The notes below the pieces were generated by a model. It was not told the origin of the DNA and ran no database searches. It worked only from the letters and a program-made list of their open reading frames with translations. This document shows positions 51,115 through 59,476 of a DNA stretch of 62,396 nt, piece after piece. Each line of letters begins with the position of its first letter. The first letter of the stretch is position 1. The translations under genes and the position numbers were made by a program. Location of the stretch: NCBI GenBank assembly GCA_944358525.1, contig CALVRI010000004.1:1-62396 (forward strand), read 5' to 3'. The stretch is from an uncultured Bacilli bacterium (GTDB taxonomy: Bacteria > Bacillota_I > Bacilli_A > RF39 > UBA660).

Positions 51115-51798
51115 ATGAAAAAAATATTAATTATAGGGTTAGTTTTGCTTTCAATATTTTTAATTTATTTAGCTAATATGGATAAGAAAGTTTATTATTT
51201 AGCTTTGGGTGATTCTTTAGAAAAGTTTTATTTAAATGATGGAGAGGTATATGGTTATTCACATTATATTAAAAAATATTTAAAAGAAAAAGATTTGTTA
51301 GAAAGATATATAGATGACTTTGCGAAAGTGGATACAAGAAGTACTGATATTATTCGTGATATTAAAAATAATAAAAAAGTAACTACCACTAAAGGTTCAT
51401 TTAGTTTAAAAAATGCTTTAATTAAAGCTGATTTAGTTACAGTAAATATTAATTATAATGATATATTTAATAAACTTAATGATCCTAATACTATTTATAG
51501 TGAGGTATATGATTATATTGATAATTTAGCTTATGATTTAGATAATTTGTTTAAAATTATGAGAGAATATTGTAAAGAAGATATTGTGTTTATTAGTTAT
51601 TATAATCCTTTTAATACTTTAGATGAAAATATTTTAGATATATTAGAGTATTTAAATAATAAGTATAAAGATGTGTGTTTAGAATATGATATTATTTATG
51701 TAGATATAAGTGATATAAATGTGATAAATGAAAGTAATTTAGAGAAAATTGGTAATAGGGTTATTAATAAAATGACTAAAAATTTGTTTGAGACTTGA
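51115..51798 (+). CDS. Membrane-anchored SGNH/GDSL-like hydrolase
   Basis: N-terminal TM segment and LALGDS block I. The other blocks are weak. Confidence 0.5.
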   Translation: MKKILIIGLVLLSIFLIYLANMDKKVYYLALGDSLEKFYLNDGEVYGYSHYIKKYLKEKDLLERYIDDFAKVDTRSTDIIRDIKNNKKVTTTKGSFSLKNALIKADLVTVNINYNDIFNKLNDPNTIYSEVYDYIDNLAYDLDNLFKIMREYCKEDIVFISYYNPFNTLDENILDILEYLNNKYKDVCLEYDIIYVDISDINVINESNLEKIGNRVINKMTKNLFET

Positions 51799-51880
51799 TT
51801 TTTTGATATATGTTTGCTAGAATATACTTGCATTTAATTTCTATGACTTATTTTAGTCATGGCGGAAGGAGAGGATAAGT

Positions 51881-52093
51881 ATGAAAAAAGGTATTCATCC
51901 AGAATATATGGATACTAAAGTAACTTGTGCTTGCGGAAATACATTTACAGTTAGATCAAATAAACCTGAATTAGAGGTTGAAGTTTGTGATAAATGTCAT
52001 CCATTCTTTACTGGAAAACAAGGAACAGTTAAGAAAGCTGGTCAAGTTGAAAAATTCAATAAGAAATATGGATTTACTACAGAAACTAAGTAA
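51881..52093 (+). CDS. rpmE: 50S ribosomal protein L31 (Zn-ribbon type A)
   Basis: [16 protein letters not shown]...[10 protein letters not shown]. Confidence 0.93.
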   Translation: MKKGIHPEYMDTKVTCACGNTFTVRSNKPELEVEVCDKCHPFFTGKQGTVKKAGQVEKFNKKYGFTTETK

Positions 52094-52110
52094 TATTAGT
52101 TTCTTTTTTT
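52081..52110 (+). terminator. rpmE terminator
   Basis: AGAAACTA-AGTAATA-TTAGTTTCT followed by TTTTTT. It overlaps the stop codon. Confidence 0.7.
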
Positions 52111-52413
52111 GGGGTAAATTTGCCTTTGGCAAATATTGTTTAATAAATAATTTATAAAAGATAGTTTATTAATACAAAATTATACCCCACCACTTCCACC
52201 ATAGATAAAAGATAAGCACTTTGTTAAAAAATAATAAATGTTAATAAAGAGGGATTAGTTTTTTAGGTTTTAGATTTTATAAAGGTTATACAAAAATTAG
52301 AAGTAAAAATATGAAAAGGTTTAAAAGAAAGATTAAATTATATAAAAAAGGAATTATTGATAATGATTTTATATGTGGATATAAGGGTTATTTTAAAATA
52401 ATAAAAAAGCCTT

Positions 52414-53394
52414 TTATGGCTTTTGAATTAAGAAGTTAATTAATTCTTCTGGGTTTTTATTTTCATATATTATTTGTTCCATAAGGTTTATTATAGGCAT
52501 ATCGACATCTTTATTTTTAACAAGTTCACTAATTGATTTTAAGGTATATAATCCTTCAATGGTTGTGTTTTTAATGTAGTTGTCTAGTTCATCTTTTGAT
52601 ACTTTAGAACCAATTAAATAACCAAATGAATAATTTCTACTTTTAGGAGATGTGGCGGTTAATAATAAATCACCAAATCCAGCATATGATAATACGGTAT
52701 TACCATCACCACCTAAGCCTTTAATTAAACCTCTAATGTCATGTAATGATTCAGTTATCAGCATAGCTGAAGTTGATTCTGGCATTTTTAATCCAGCTAA
52801 AATACCAGAGGCTATAGCTATGATGTTTTTAACTGAACCACATAATTCAGTTCCAATAATATCATGACTTTTTCTTAGTTTAAAATGGTTATTGGCTAGT
52901 GCTTTAAAAGTTAATTCAATAGTTTCTTTGTCTTGGCAAGCTAAAGTAAGGCCCACTGGATAGTTATTAGCTATATCAATGGCAAAGGAAGGTCCTGATA
53001 TAACGGCTATTTTATCTGTGTTTAAAATATTTTTGACTACATCATAAACAAATAGATTTGTATCTTGTTCAATACCTTTGGTTGCTACACAAATAGGGGT
53101 ATTTTGATAATATTTTTTAACCTTTTTAATACTACTTGATAAAAAGGCTGTAGGTATAGCTTCAACTATTAAATCTGATTTATCTAAGGCTTTTTCTAAA
53201 TCGGTAGTTATTTGAATGTTATTATAAAGTTCAATATTTGGAAGTTTTGGGGATTTTCTTGTTTCAGTTAATTCTTTAACTTCATTTTCAAATGGAGTCC
53301 ATATAGTTACTTTGTTTTTGTTTTCACTTAAAATTTGAGCTAAAGCACATCCATATGCGCCTGCTCCTAATACTGTTACTTTCACTTCTATCAC
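52414..53394 (-). CDS. gpsA: NAD(P)H-dependent glycerol-3-phosphate dehydrogenase
   Basis: VLGAGAYGCALA Rossmann motif and the conserved GPSFA block. Confidence 0.93.
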   Translation of the reverse strand: MIEVKVTVLGAGAYGCALAQILSENKNKVTIWTPFENEVKELTETRKSPKLPNIELYNNIQITTDLEKALDKSDLIVEAIPTAFLSSSIKKVKKYYQNTPICVATKGIEQDTNLFVYDVVKNILNTDKIAVISGPSFAIDIANNYPVGLTLACQDKETIELTFKALANNHFKLRKSHDIIGTELCGSVKNIIAIASGILAGLKMPESTSAMLITESLHDIRGLIKGLGGDGNTVLSYAGFGDLLLTATSPKSRNYSFGYLIGSKVSKDELDNYIKNTTIEGLYTLKSISELVKNKDVDMPIINLMEQIIYENKNPEELINFLIQKP

Positions 53395-53444
53395 CTAAAT
53401 TAATTTTAACATTTATGAGAATATAAGTAAATATTTAATTGTTT

Positions 53445-53518
53445 GGAAATTTGTATAGTAAATCTTCGGAAAATTGTATAGTGAATTATTGGAAAATTGT
53501 ATAGCGGTGTGTTATAAT
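53445..53518 (+). promoter_or_regulatory. Three 23-bp-phased GGAAA(A)TTGTATAG repeats abutting a TATAAT box
   Basis: GGAAATTTGTATAGT 53445-53459, GGAAAATTGTATAGT 53468-53482, GGAAAATTGTATAGC 53491-53505 and TATAAT 53513-53518. Confidence 0.7.
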
Positions 53519-53545
53519 TATAAATAATAAGGATGGTGATAATTT

Positions 53546-53854
53546 ATGAAAGAAACATTAGAAAATGTTATGCTTATGGGACTTGGTGCGATGGTAATGA
53601 CTAGTGAAAAGGCTAAAGATTTAAAGGATGAATTACTTAAAAAAGGTACGGAAGCTTATAAGCAAGGACAAGAATTAAATGAAGAATTAAAACATAATAT
53701 AAGTGAAAAAATAAAAGAAAATGTTACAGTTACAGTAGAAAAGAAAGATTTAACTAAAGAAGATATTATTGAAAAGATAAATGAGTTAAGTGAAGAAGAT
53801 AAAAAAGAAATTTTAAATTTATTAAAGGTAAAAAAGAAAAAAGATGTTCAGTAG
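53546..53854 (+). CDS. Phasin-like (COG3937-type) small helical protein
   Basis: LMGLGAMVMTSEKAKDLKDELLKKG. It is K/E-rich and overlaps the start of the kinase gene. Confidence 0.5.
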   Translation: MKETLENVMLMGLGAMVMTSEKAKDLKDELLKKGTEAYKQGQELNEELKHNISEKIKENVTVTVEKKDLTKEDIIEKINELSEEDKKEILNLLKVKKKKDVQ

Positions 53855-55409
53855 TAAAGATAGGTTATTAGAGATTGTCCGCATTATTAAAAAATATGAT
53901 TTAATTAAGAATGCGACACCTGAAAATTTACGTCTAGCAATTGAAGAAGCTGGACCAACCTTTATTAAACTTGGTCAGATTTTAGCTTCAAGAGATGATA
54001 TTATTCCAAAAGAATATTGTGATGAACTTTCACATTTAAGAAATCAAGTAAAGCCAATGAGTTATGATAAAGTTTTGGAAATTTTAGATAGAGAATATAA
54101 AGGGACTACTTTTGAAATTTTTTCGAGTATTGATGAGATTCCAATTGGTTCGGCTTCGATTGCAGAAGTGCATAAGGCTGTTTTAAAAGATGGTACAGAG
54201 GTAGTTATTAAAATTCAAAGAGAAAATATATATGAATTAATGGCTATGGATGTTAGGTTACTTAAAAAAATTGTAAGTATACTTAAATTAGACAAGGTAT
54301 TTGATTCTATATTTAATTTTAATGATATTATCGATGAGATGTTTGAAACAGCTAAAGAAGAAATGAATTTCTTGATTGAAGCTTCACATACAGAAGAATT
54401 TTATGAAAAAAACAAAAATGTTTTATATATTCGTTCACCTAAAGTTTATAAAGAATATACAACTAGTAAATCTTTAGTTATGGAATATATGGATGGAATT
54501 AGAATAAATGATTATGCTAGTTTGGAGAAAAATGGATACGATAGAGATGAGATTGGAAAAAAATTAGCGGCTAATTATATTAAACAAGCTTTAGATGATG
54601 GTTATTTTCATGCAGATCCTCATGTAGAAAATTTAAAAATTAAAAATGGCAAAATTATTTATTTAGATTTTGGAATGATGGGAAGACTTTCTAGGCGTGA
54701 TAGAGATCTTTTGAGTAAATGTATTATGGCAATTATAAAAGATGATGTAACAGAAGTTTCACATATTTTATTAGCTTTTGGTAAGACTAGAGGTCCTATT
54801 GACCATATGGTTTTAAAAAACGATATAAAAAGAGTAATAGAAAAAAATAAAACTCAAGATATTTCTGATATTGACATAAAAGATTTTATGAATGATTTTT
54901 TGGTTATGCTTTCTAATAACCATATAAGTTTACCTAAAGATGTGACTATGCTTATGAGAGGTATTATAGTTTTAGAAGGTGTACTTAGAAGTGTTAGTCC
55001 TAAAATAAATTTAATGCAGATATTAGGTACACATATTAAACCTAATAATATTTTTGATGAGGATAAGGCAAAAAAATTTATACACGAAGCCGCACAAAGT
55101 GGTACTGATATGGTTTATTTACCTAATGAAATGCTTTCATTTTTAAAAGGTGTGAATAGTGGAGAATTAAGATTTAATATTGAACTTAATGATTCAAAAC
55201 ATCAAATGAGAAATTTGGAACAGTTAGTTCATTTATGCATGGTTACAATTTTAGATGTGGCTTATATTTTGGGAACTAGTTTAATAGTTATGCAAAGTGA
55301 TGGAGAGTTACCGTTTATATTTTATGTTTATTTAATATTTGGTGGAATATGTACTGTTTGGATTTTTTATAAGATGTTTACTAGTAAAATAAGAAATAGG
55401 AGAAGATGA
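53844..55409 (+). CDS. ABC1/UbiB (AarF) atypical kinase family protein
   Basis: GPTFIKLGQILASRDDIIP, ASIAEVHKA and HADPHVENL motifs, plus a C-terminal TM segment. Confidence 0.85.
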   Translation: MFSSKDRLLEIVRIIKKYDLIKNATPENLRLAIEEAGPTFIKLGQILASRDDIIPKEYCDELSHLRNQVKPMSYDKVLEILDREYKGTTFEIFSSIDEIPIGSASIAEVHKAVLKDGTEVVIKIQRENIYELMAMDVRLLKKIVSILKLDKVFDSIFNFNDIIDEMFETAKEEMNFLIEASHTEEFYEKNKNVLYIRSPKVYKEYTTSKSLVMEYMDGIRINDYASLEKNGYDRDEIGKKLAANYIKQALDDGYFHADPHVENLKIKNGKIIYLDFGMMGRLSRRDRDLLSKCIMAIIKDDVTEVSHILLAFGKTRGPIDHMVLKNDIKRVIEKNKTQDISDIDIKDFMNDFLVMLSNNHISLPKDVTMLMRGIIVLEGVLRSVSPKINLMQILGTHIKPNNIFDEDKAKKFIHEAAQSGTDMVYLPNEMLSFLKGVNSGELRFNIELNDSKHQMRNLEQLVHLCMVTILDVAYILGTSLIVMQSDGELPFIFYVYLIFGGICTVWIFYKMFTSKIRNRRR

Positions 55410-56203
55410 TTATGAATGAATATGTACCAAATCCAATGCTGCAAAATATAGTTAAGCAGCCAAAGAAACCTAATAAATTGGTAATAATTTTATCTATTTT
55501 AGTAGTTGTTTTATTAATTATTATTTTAATTTTAATGATGAGTAAACCCAGAGTTGTAACTACTGAGGTGCAGAGACAGGAAAGTTTAGATGATATTGCT
55601 TTAGAGCTTGAGTATTTTATTGATGAAAATAAGTTGGATGCTCTTGATGCTTTTGGTTATGATAATTTAACTTGGGTGGCAATTAATAAAATATGTTATG
55701 GAATTAATAGTTGTACTCAAATTCAAGGCGATGCTGTCAAAAAATATATCAATGATGTGTTTGATACAGAGGTAACTTTTTCGAATGTTAATTGTTATCT
55801 TAACGATGGTCCTCTTTACACATATGATAGTGTAAATAATGTGTTTGTTTGGAATGATACTCATGCGCATGGTGGTTTATCAACAAAACCTATTTATAGT
55901 AAAATAAATAGTATTAAAAGAAATGATGGTAAATTTGAACTTGTTTTGAATAAATTATATTATAATCCTGAGCAGAGCGATTATATTACAACTGATCCAC
56001 TTGGTATAAATAGGGTTTATAATGCGAATGATTATATGCATACTACAGAAGATGGTGAGGATGTTAATTTGACTAAGTTAATAGCTGATTATGATAATAA
56101 TTTCGATACTCTTAAAAACACGGGTACTAGATATAAATATATTTTTGGTCAAAAAGATGGGCATTATGTTTTAGAAGAATATGAAGTTATTAGTGCAGAG
56201 TAG
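55406..56203 (+). CDS. Single-pass membrane protein, unknown function
   Basis: The TM segment LVIILSILVVVLLIIILILMM is followed by a globular domain of about 215 aa. It overlaps the kinase stop. Confidence 0.45.
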   Translation: MIMNEYVPNPMLQNIVKQPKKPNKLVIILSILVVVLLIIILILMMSKPRVVTTEVQRQESLDDIALELEYFIDENKLDALDAFGYDNLTWVAINKICYGINSCTQIQGDAVKKYINDVFDTEVTFSNVNCYLNDGPLYTYDSVNNVFVWNDTHAHGGLSTKPIYSKINSIKRNDGKFELVLNKLYYNPEQSDYITTDPLGINRVYNANDYMHTTEDGEDVNLTKLIADYDNNFDTLKNTGTRYKYIFGQKDGHYVLEEYEVISAE

Positions 56204-56223
56204 ATTTTTATAATCTACTTTTT
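56200..56223 (+). terminator. Terminator after the UbiB-operon
   Basis: GTAGATT-TTTAT-AATCTAC followed by TTTTT. Confidence 0.65.
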
Positions 56224-56291
56224 GTAAAGAAACTTTTGTTTAATTTTTTGACTTATTATGATAAAATTTAATAAAGGTTTTGGGTGAGAGA

Positions 56292-58454
56292 ATGAGTAAA
56301 GTAAAATATTTTTTTAATAAAGTTTATTCAAAATTTAAAATAGGTTGTATAGTTATTTTGTTCATATTTTTTGGAATACCTTTTATTTTTGGGTTTATTG
56401 GTTCTGTGTTTGAATCTTTGAATGAGGAAGAAAAGATTTCCTTGGCTGATGGATTTACTATTGAAAAATATGATGTTGTTTTGGATGTTAAAGAGGATAA
56501 TAAGGTTGATGTGACTGAGAATTTAACGGTTAATTTTACAAGTGCATATAAACATGGTATTTATAAATATACACCTGAGTGGTTGGAATATAAAGGCATG
56601 GATGGTAAAGTTATAAAAAGAAAGTCTAATGTTTTAGACTATAGGGCGGAAAATGATTTATATACTGTGGATAGAGTTAATAAAAAAGCTAGAATAAAAA
56701 TAGGTAATGCGGATGAGTATGTCGGTAAGGGTGAAAAAACTTATGTGATTAAATATACTTATGATATGGGTAAAGATCCATTTGAGGGATTTGATGAGTT
56801 TATTTTTCATGCTTATGGAGATTATTGGGGAACAGAGATTAAAAATGCTTCTATTGAGGTAAATATGCCTAAAAGTATAGAAGGGTACAATGTTAACTTT
56901 TTTACCGATAAATATAGAAAAGAAAATGTGAATGAAGCAGTTGATTTTTCAATTAATGGTAATACTTTAAAGGCTAATTTTAATGAAAATAAAAATTATG
57001 AACTTCAATTAAAAAAATATTGTGAAAAAAATTACGAACAATATGGTGAAGAGTGTGATTATTCTAATTTTGAATATGATTATGAACCGCTTTCTAAATC
57101 ACTTACAGTTGATGTTGAATTACCTGAGGGATATTTTAAAGGTGGAAGTTATAATTATGGTTTTGGTTCTATACTTGTTTCTATATTAATATTTGTTTTA
57201 ACGGGTTATACTATTTATAAATGGTTTAAATTTGGAAGAAATTATGCGAAGAGTGTTCAGACAGTAGAATTTTATCCTCCTGAGAATCTTAGTTCAGCAG
57301 AGATTGGGTATGTTTATAATAAAAGACAGGCTAATAAGAAATTAACTATTTCACTTGTTGTTCAGTTAGCTAGTAAGGGATATATTAAAATAGATGAAGT
57401 TAAGAATGATATTAAAATAACTAATTTGATAGTTAAACCTAAGAAGTTAAAATCATTTGATGAGACTTTATCAAAACGAGAGATAGAGGTTAAAAAATTA
57501 AAGGAAGCTGATGATAAATTAAGTAGGTCAGAGACAACGATGATGGTTTATTTATTTAAAAAAAGCGATGTTAAAAAATTGAAAACGAATATTGATAAAT
57601 TTTTAAAGGTTAAAGATAGTTTAGTTAATGGTGGATATATTGAGGTTATTAGCGACAATGAGGAAGAAAGATTAAAAGATATTAAGCAAAAAAGAAAAGA
57701 ATATGATGATAGTGTAAAAAATTATGATAAACAAATGGCAGAGTATAATGAAAAAATTTCTAAGATGCCGGAAATTGGAGAGTTTGAAAAAATTGTTTAT
57801 GATAGATTATTTAATTCTAAAGATGAGATTATTTTGAGTGAACATAAGACATTTTATGAGGCTTTTAGTGAGGTTGAAAAAACATTAAAGAAAAGTTTTA
57901 AAGAGAAGGTTTATGATAAGACATCTAGTAAACAGAGAGTTTATGCTATCTCAAGGACAGTACTTATTTTGATATTGTGTATTATATCTTATAAAGTTAT
58001 AGAAGATATGGATCCAAGGTTTAGTATTTTATATTATTTATCATTTGGGTGTATTTTAATTAATATATTATTTATTATTTTGATGGGTAGAAAGACAAAA
58101 TATGGTGAGATGATAAGTGCTAAAGTGATGGGATTTAGAGAGTTTTTGGTGACAGCGGAAAAATCTAAGTTAGAACAGTTAGTTTCTGAGAATCCTTATT
58201 ATTTTTACAATATTTTACCATATACTTATGTTTTAAATATTTCTAAGAAATGGATTCAAAAATTTGAAAATATTTATATACCTAAAATGGATATGGGTAA
58301 TTTTGATTATAGTAGCGATTATTTCTATTATTCTATATACGATCATGTTTATTATCCGCCAAGTTCTTCTAGCTCTTCTAGTTCATCATGCGGTGGTGGT
58401 TGTTCATCATGTGGTGGTGGATGCTCTTCTTGTGGAGGCGGAGGATCTTGGTAA
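56292..58454 (+). CDS. DUF2207-type polytopic membrane protein with C-terminal Ser/Cys/Gly micro-repeat tail
   Basis: TM1, then an extracytoplasmic domain of about 250 aa, TM2, a K/E-rich segment of about 240 aa and TM3-TM4. The tail is ...PPSSSSSSSSCGGGCSSCGGGCSSCGGGGSW. The ATG at 56292 is preferred over the track TTG at 56280. Confidence 0.75.
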   Translation: MSKVKYFFNKVYSKFKIGCIVILFIFFGIPFIFGFIGSVFESLNEEEKISLADGFTIEKYDVVLDVKEDNKVDVTENLTVNFTSAYKHGIYKYTPEWLEYKGMDGKVIKRKSNVLDYRAENDLYTVDRVNKKARIKIGNADEYVGKGEKTYVIKYTYDMGKDPFEGFDEFIFHAYGDYWGTEIKNASIEVNMPKSIEGYNVNFFTDKYRKENVNEAVDFSINGNTLKANFNENKNYELQLKKYCEKNYEQYGEECDYSNFEYDYEPLSKSLTVDVELPEGYFKGGSYNYGFGSILVSILIFVLTGYTIYKWFKFGRNYAKSVQTVEFYPPENLSSAEIGYVYNKRQANKKLTISLVVQLASKGYIKIDEVKNDIKITNLIVKPKKLKSFDETLSKREIEVKKLKEADDKLSRSETTMMVYLFKKSDVKKLKTNIDKFLKVKDSLVNGGYIEVISDNEEERLKDIKQKRKEYDDSVKNYDKQMAEYNEKISKMPEIGEFEKIVYDRLFNSKDEIILSEHKTFYEAFSEVEKTLKKSFKEKVYDKTSSKQRVYAISRTVLILILCIISYKVIEDMDPRFSILYYLSFGCILINILFIILMGRKTKYGEMISAKVMGFREFLVTAEKSKLEQLVSENPYYFYNILPYTYVLNISKKWIQKFENIYIPKMDMGNFDYSSDYFYYSIYDHVYYPPSSSSSSSSSCGGGCSSCGGGCSSCGGGGSW

Positions 58455-59437
58455 AAAAGTTTGTTTTACAGTGGCATTTGAGTGAAAACTGTAATTTGAA
58501 ATGTTTACACTGTTATCAGGAAAATCATAAACCTATTCAGTTAGAGTTTGATAAGTTAGTTATAATATATAAGCAGTTTAAAGAACTTTTAAATAAAAAG
58601 AAAATGAAGGGGCATATCAATATTACTGGTGGTGAGCCCCTTTGTAATCCTTATTTATTTAAATTATTGGATTTAATTAAAGAGGATAGTGATTTGATTA
58701 CGTTTTCTATTTTAACTAATGGAACACTTATTAATGAAAAGATAGCTAAAAAGATTAAATCTTATAATCCTTTATATGTTCAAGTTAGTTTAGAAGGCGG
58801 GAAAAAAACAAATGATTATATTAGAGGTAAAGGTACATATAAGAAAATTGCGGAAGGTATTGTTAATTTAAGAAAAGAAAATATATTTACTTCAATTTCT
58901 TTTACGGCGACAAGTTTAAATTATAAGGAGTTTCCGAAGGTTGTTCGTTATGCGAGGAAGTATGGGGTTAATAATGTATGGTCTGATAGATTTATACCAC
59001 TTGGTGATTCTGATAAGTCTTTAGCTTTGAATTATGAGCAGACTAGAGAATATTTAGAAATTATGAATAAGGAAAGAAATAAGTTAAAGAAGGTTAAAAA
59101 TAGTAATACAACTATTTCAATGTATAGGGCATTACAGTTTCAAATGACTAATGATTTTGCTTATGGATGTACAGCTGGTGACACACTACTTACAGTGATG
59201 GAAAATGGTGATTTGGTTCCTTGCAGGAGAATGCCGATTACTATAGGTAATTTATTTGATAGAAGTATGTATGATCTATATATAAATAGTGATGTTTTAA
59301 AAGCGCTAAGAGAGAAGAAGATACCTGATGAATGTATAGATTGTGAGCATTCTGAGGTTTGTCATGGTGGATTAAAGTGTTTGACATATGCGATGTATAA
59401 AGATTTAAACCATAAAGATTATGGGTGTAATTTGTAA
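58448..59437 (+). CDS. Radical SAM enzyme with C-terminal SPASM-type auxiliary Fe-S domain
   Basis: CNLKCLHCY (CX3CX2C) and GGEP. The C-terminal Cys set is CTAGDTLLTVMENGDLVPC...CIDCEHSEVCHGGLKC...YGC. The TTG at 58448 lies 9 nt after GGAGG (58434-58438) and overlaps the upstream stop. In-frame ATGs at 58388, 58409 and 58421 are alternative starts. Confidence 0.8.
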   Translation: MVKKFVLQWHLSENCNLKCLHCYQENHKPIQLEFDKLVIIYKQFKELLNKKKMKGHINITGGEPLCNPYLFKLLDLIKEDSDLITFSILTNGTLINEKIAKKIKSYNPLYVQVSLEGGKKTNDYIRGKGTYKKIAEGIVNLRKENIFTSISFTATSLNYKEFPKVVRYARKYGVNNVWSDRFIPLGDSDKSLALNYEQTREYLEIMNKERNKLKKVKNSNTTISMYRALQFQMTNDFAYGCTAGDTLLTVMENGDLVPCRRMPITIGNLFDRSMYDLYINSDVLKALREKKIPDECIDCEHSEVCHGGLKCLTYAMYKDLNHKDYGCNL

Positions 59438-59445
59438 TATTTTTG

Positions 59446-59476
59446 AAAGTTAATCAGTTGTGATTAGCTTTTTATT
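59446..59476 (+). terminator. Terminator after the rSAM gene
   Basis: AAAGTTAATCA-GTTG-TGATTAGCTTT followed by a T-run. Confidence 0.65.

Noticed and set aside
52111-52193. tRNA-like element (GGGGTA…TACCCC-ACCA).
   Set aside because: There is no T-arm (no GTTCRANYC-like loop). The D-arm would have a 3-nt loop and the central arm is about 44 nt of almost pure A/T. It does not fold as a canonical cloverleaf by hand.
58264-58485. 73-aa ORF (…HHAVVVVHHVVVDALLVEAEDLGKK…) overlapping the DUF2207 tail.
   Set aside because: This is the third reading frame of the same GGT/TGT repeat. It has no RBS, and its N-terminal part is simply the out-of-frame DUF2207 C-terminus.
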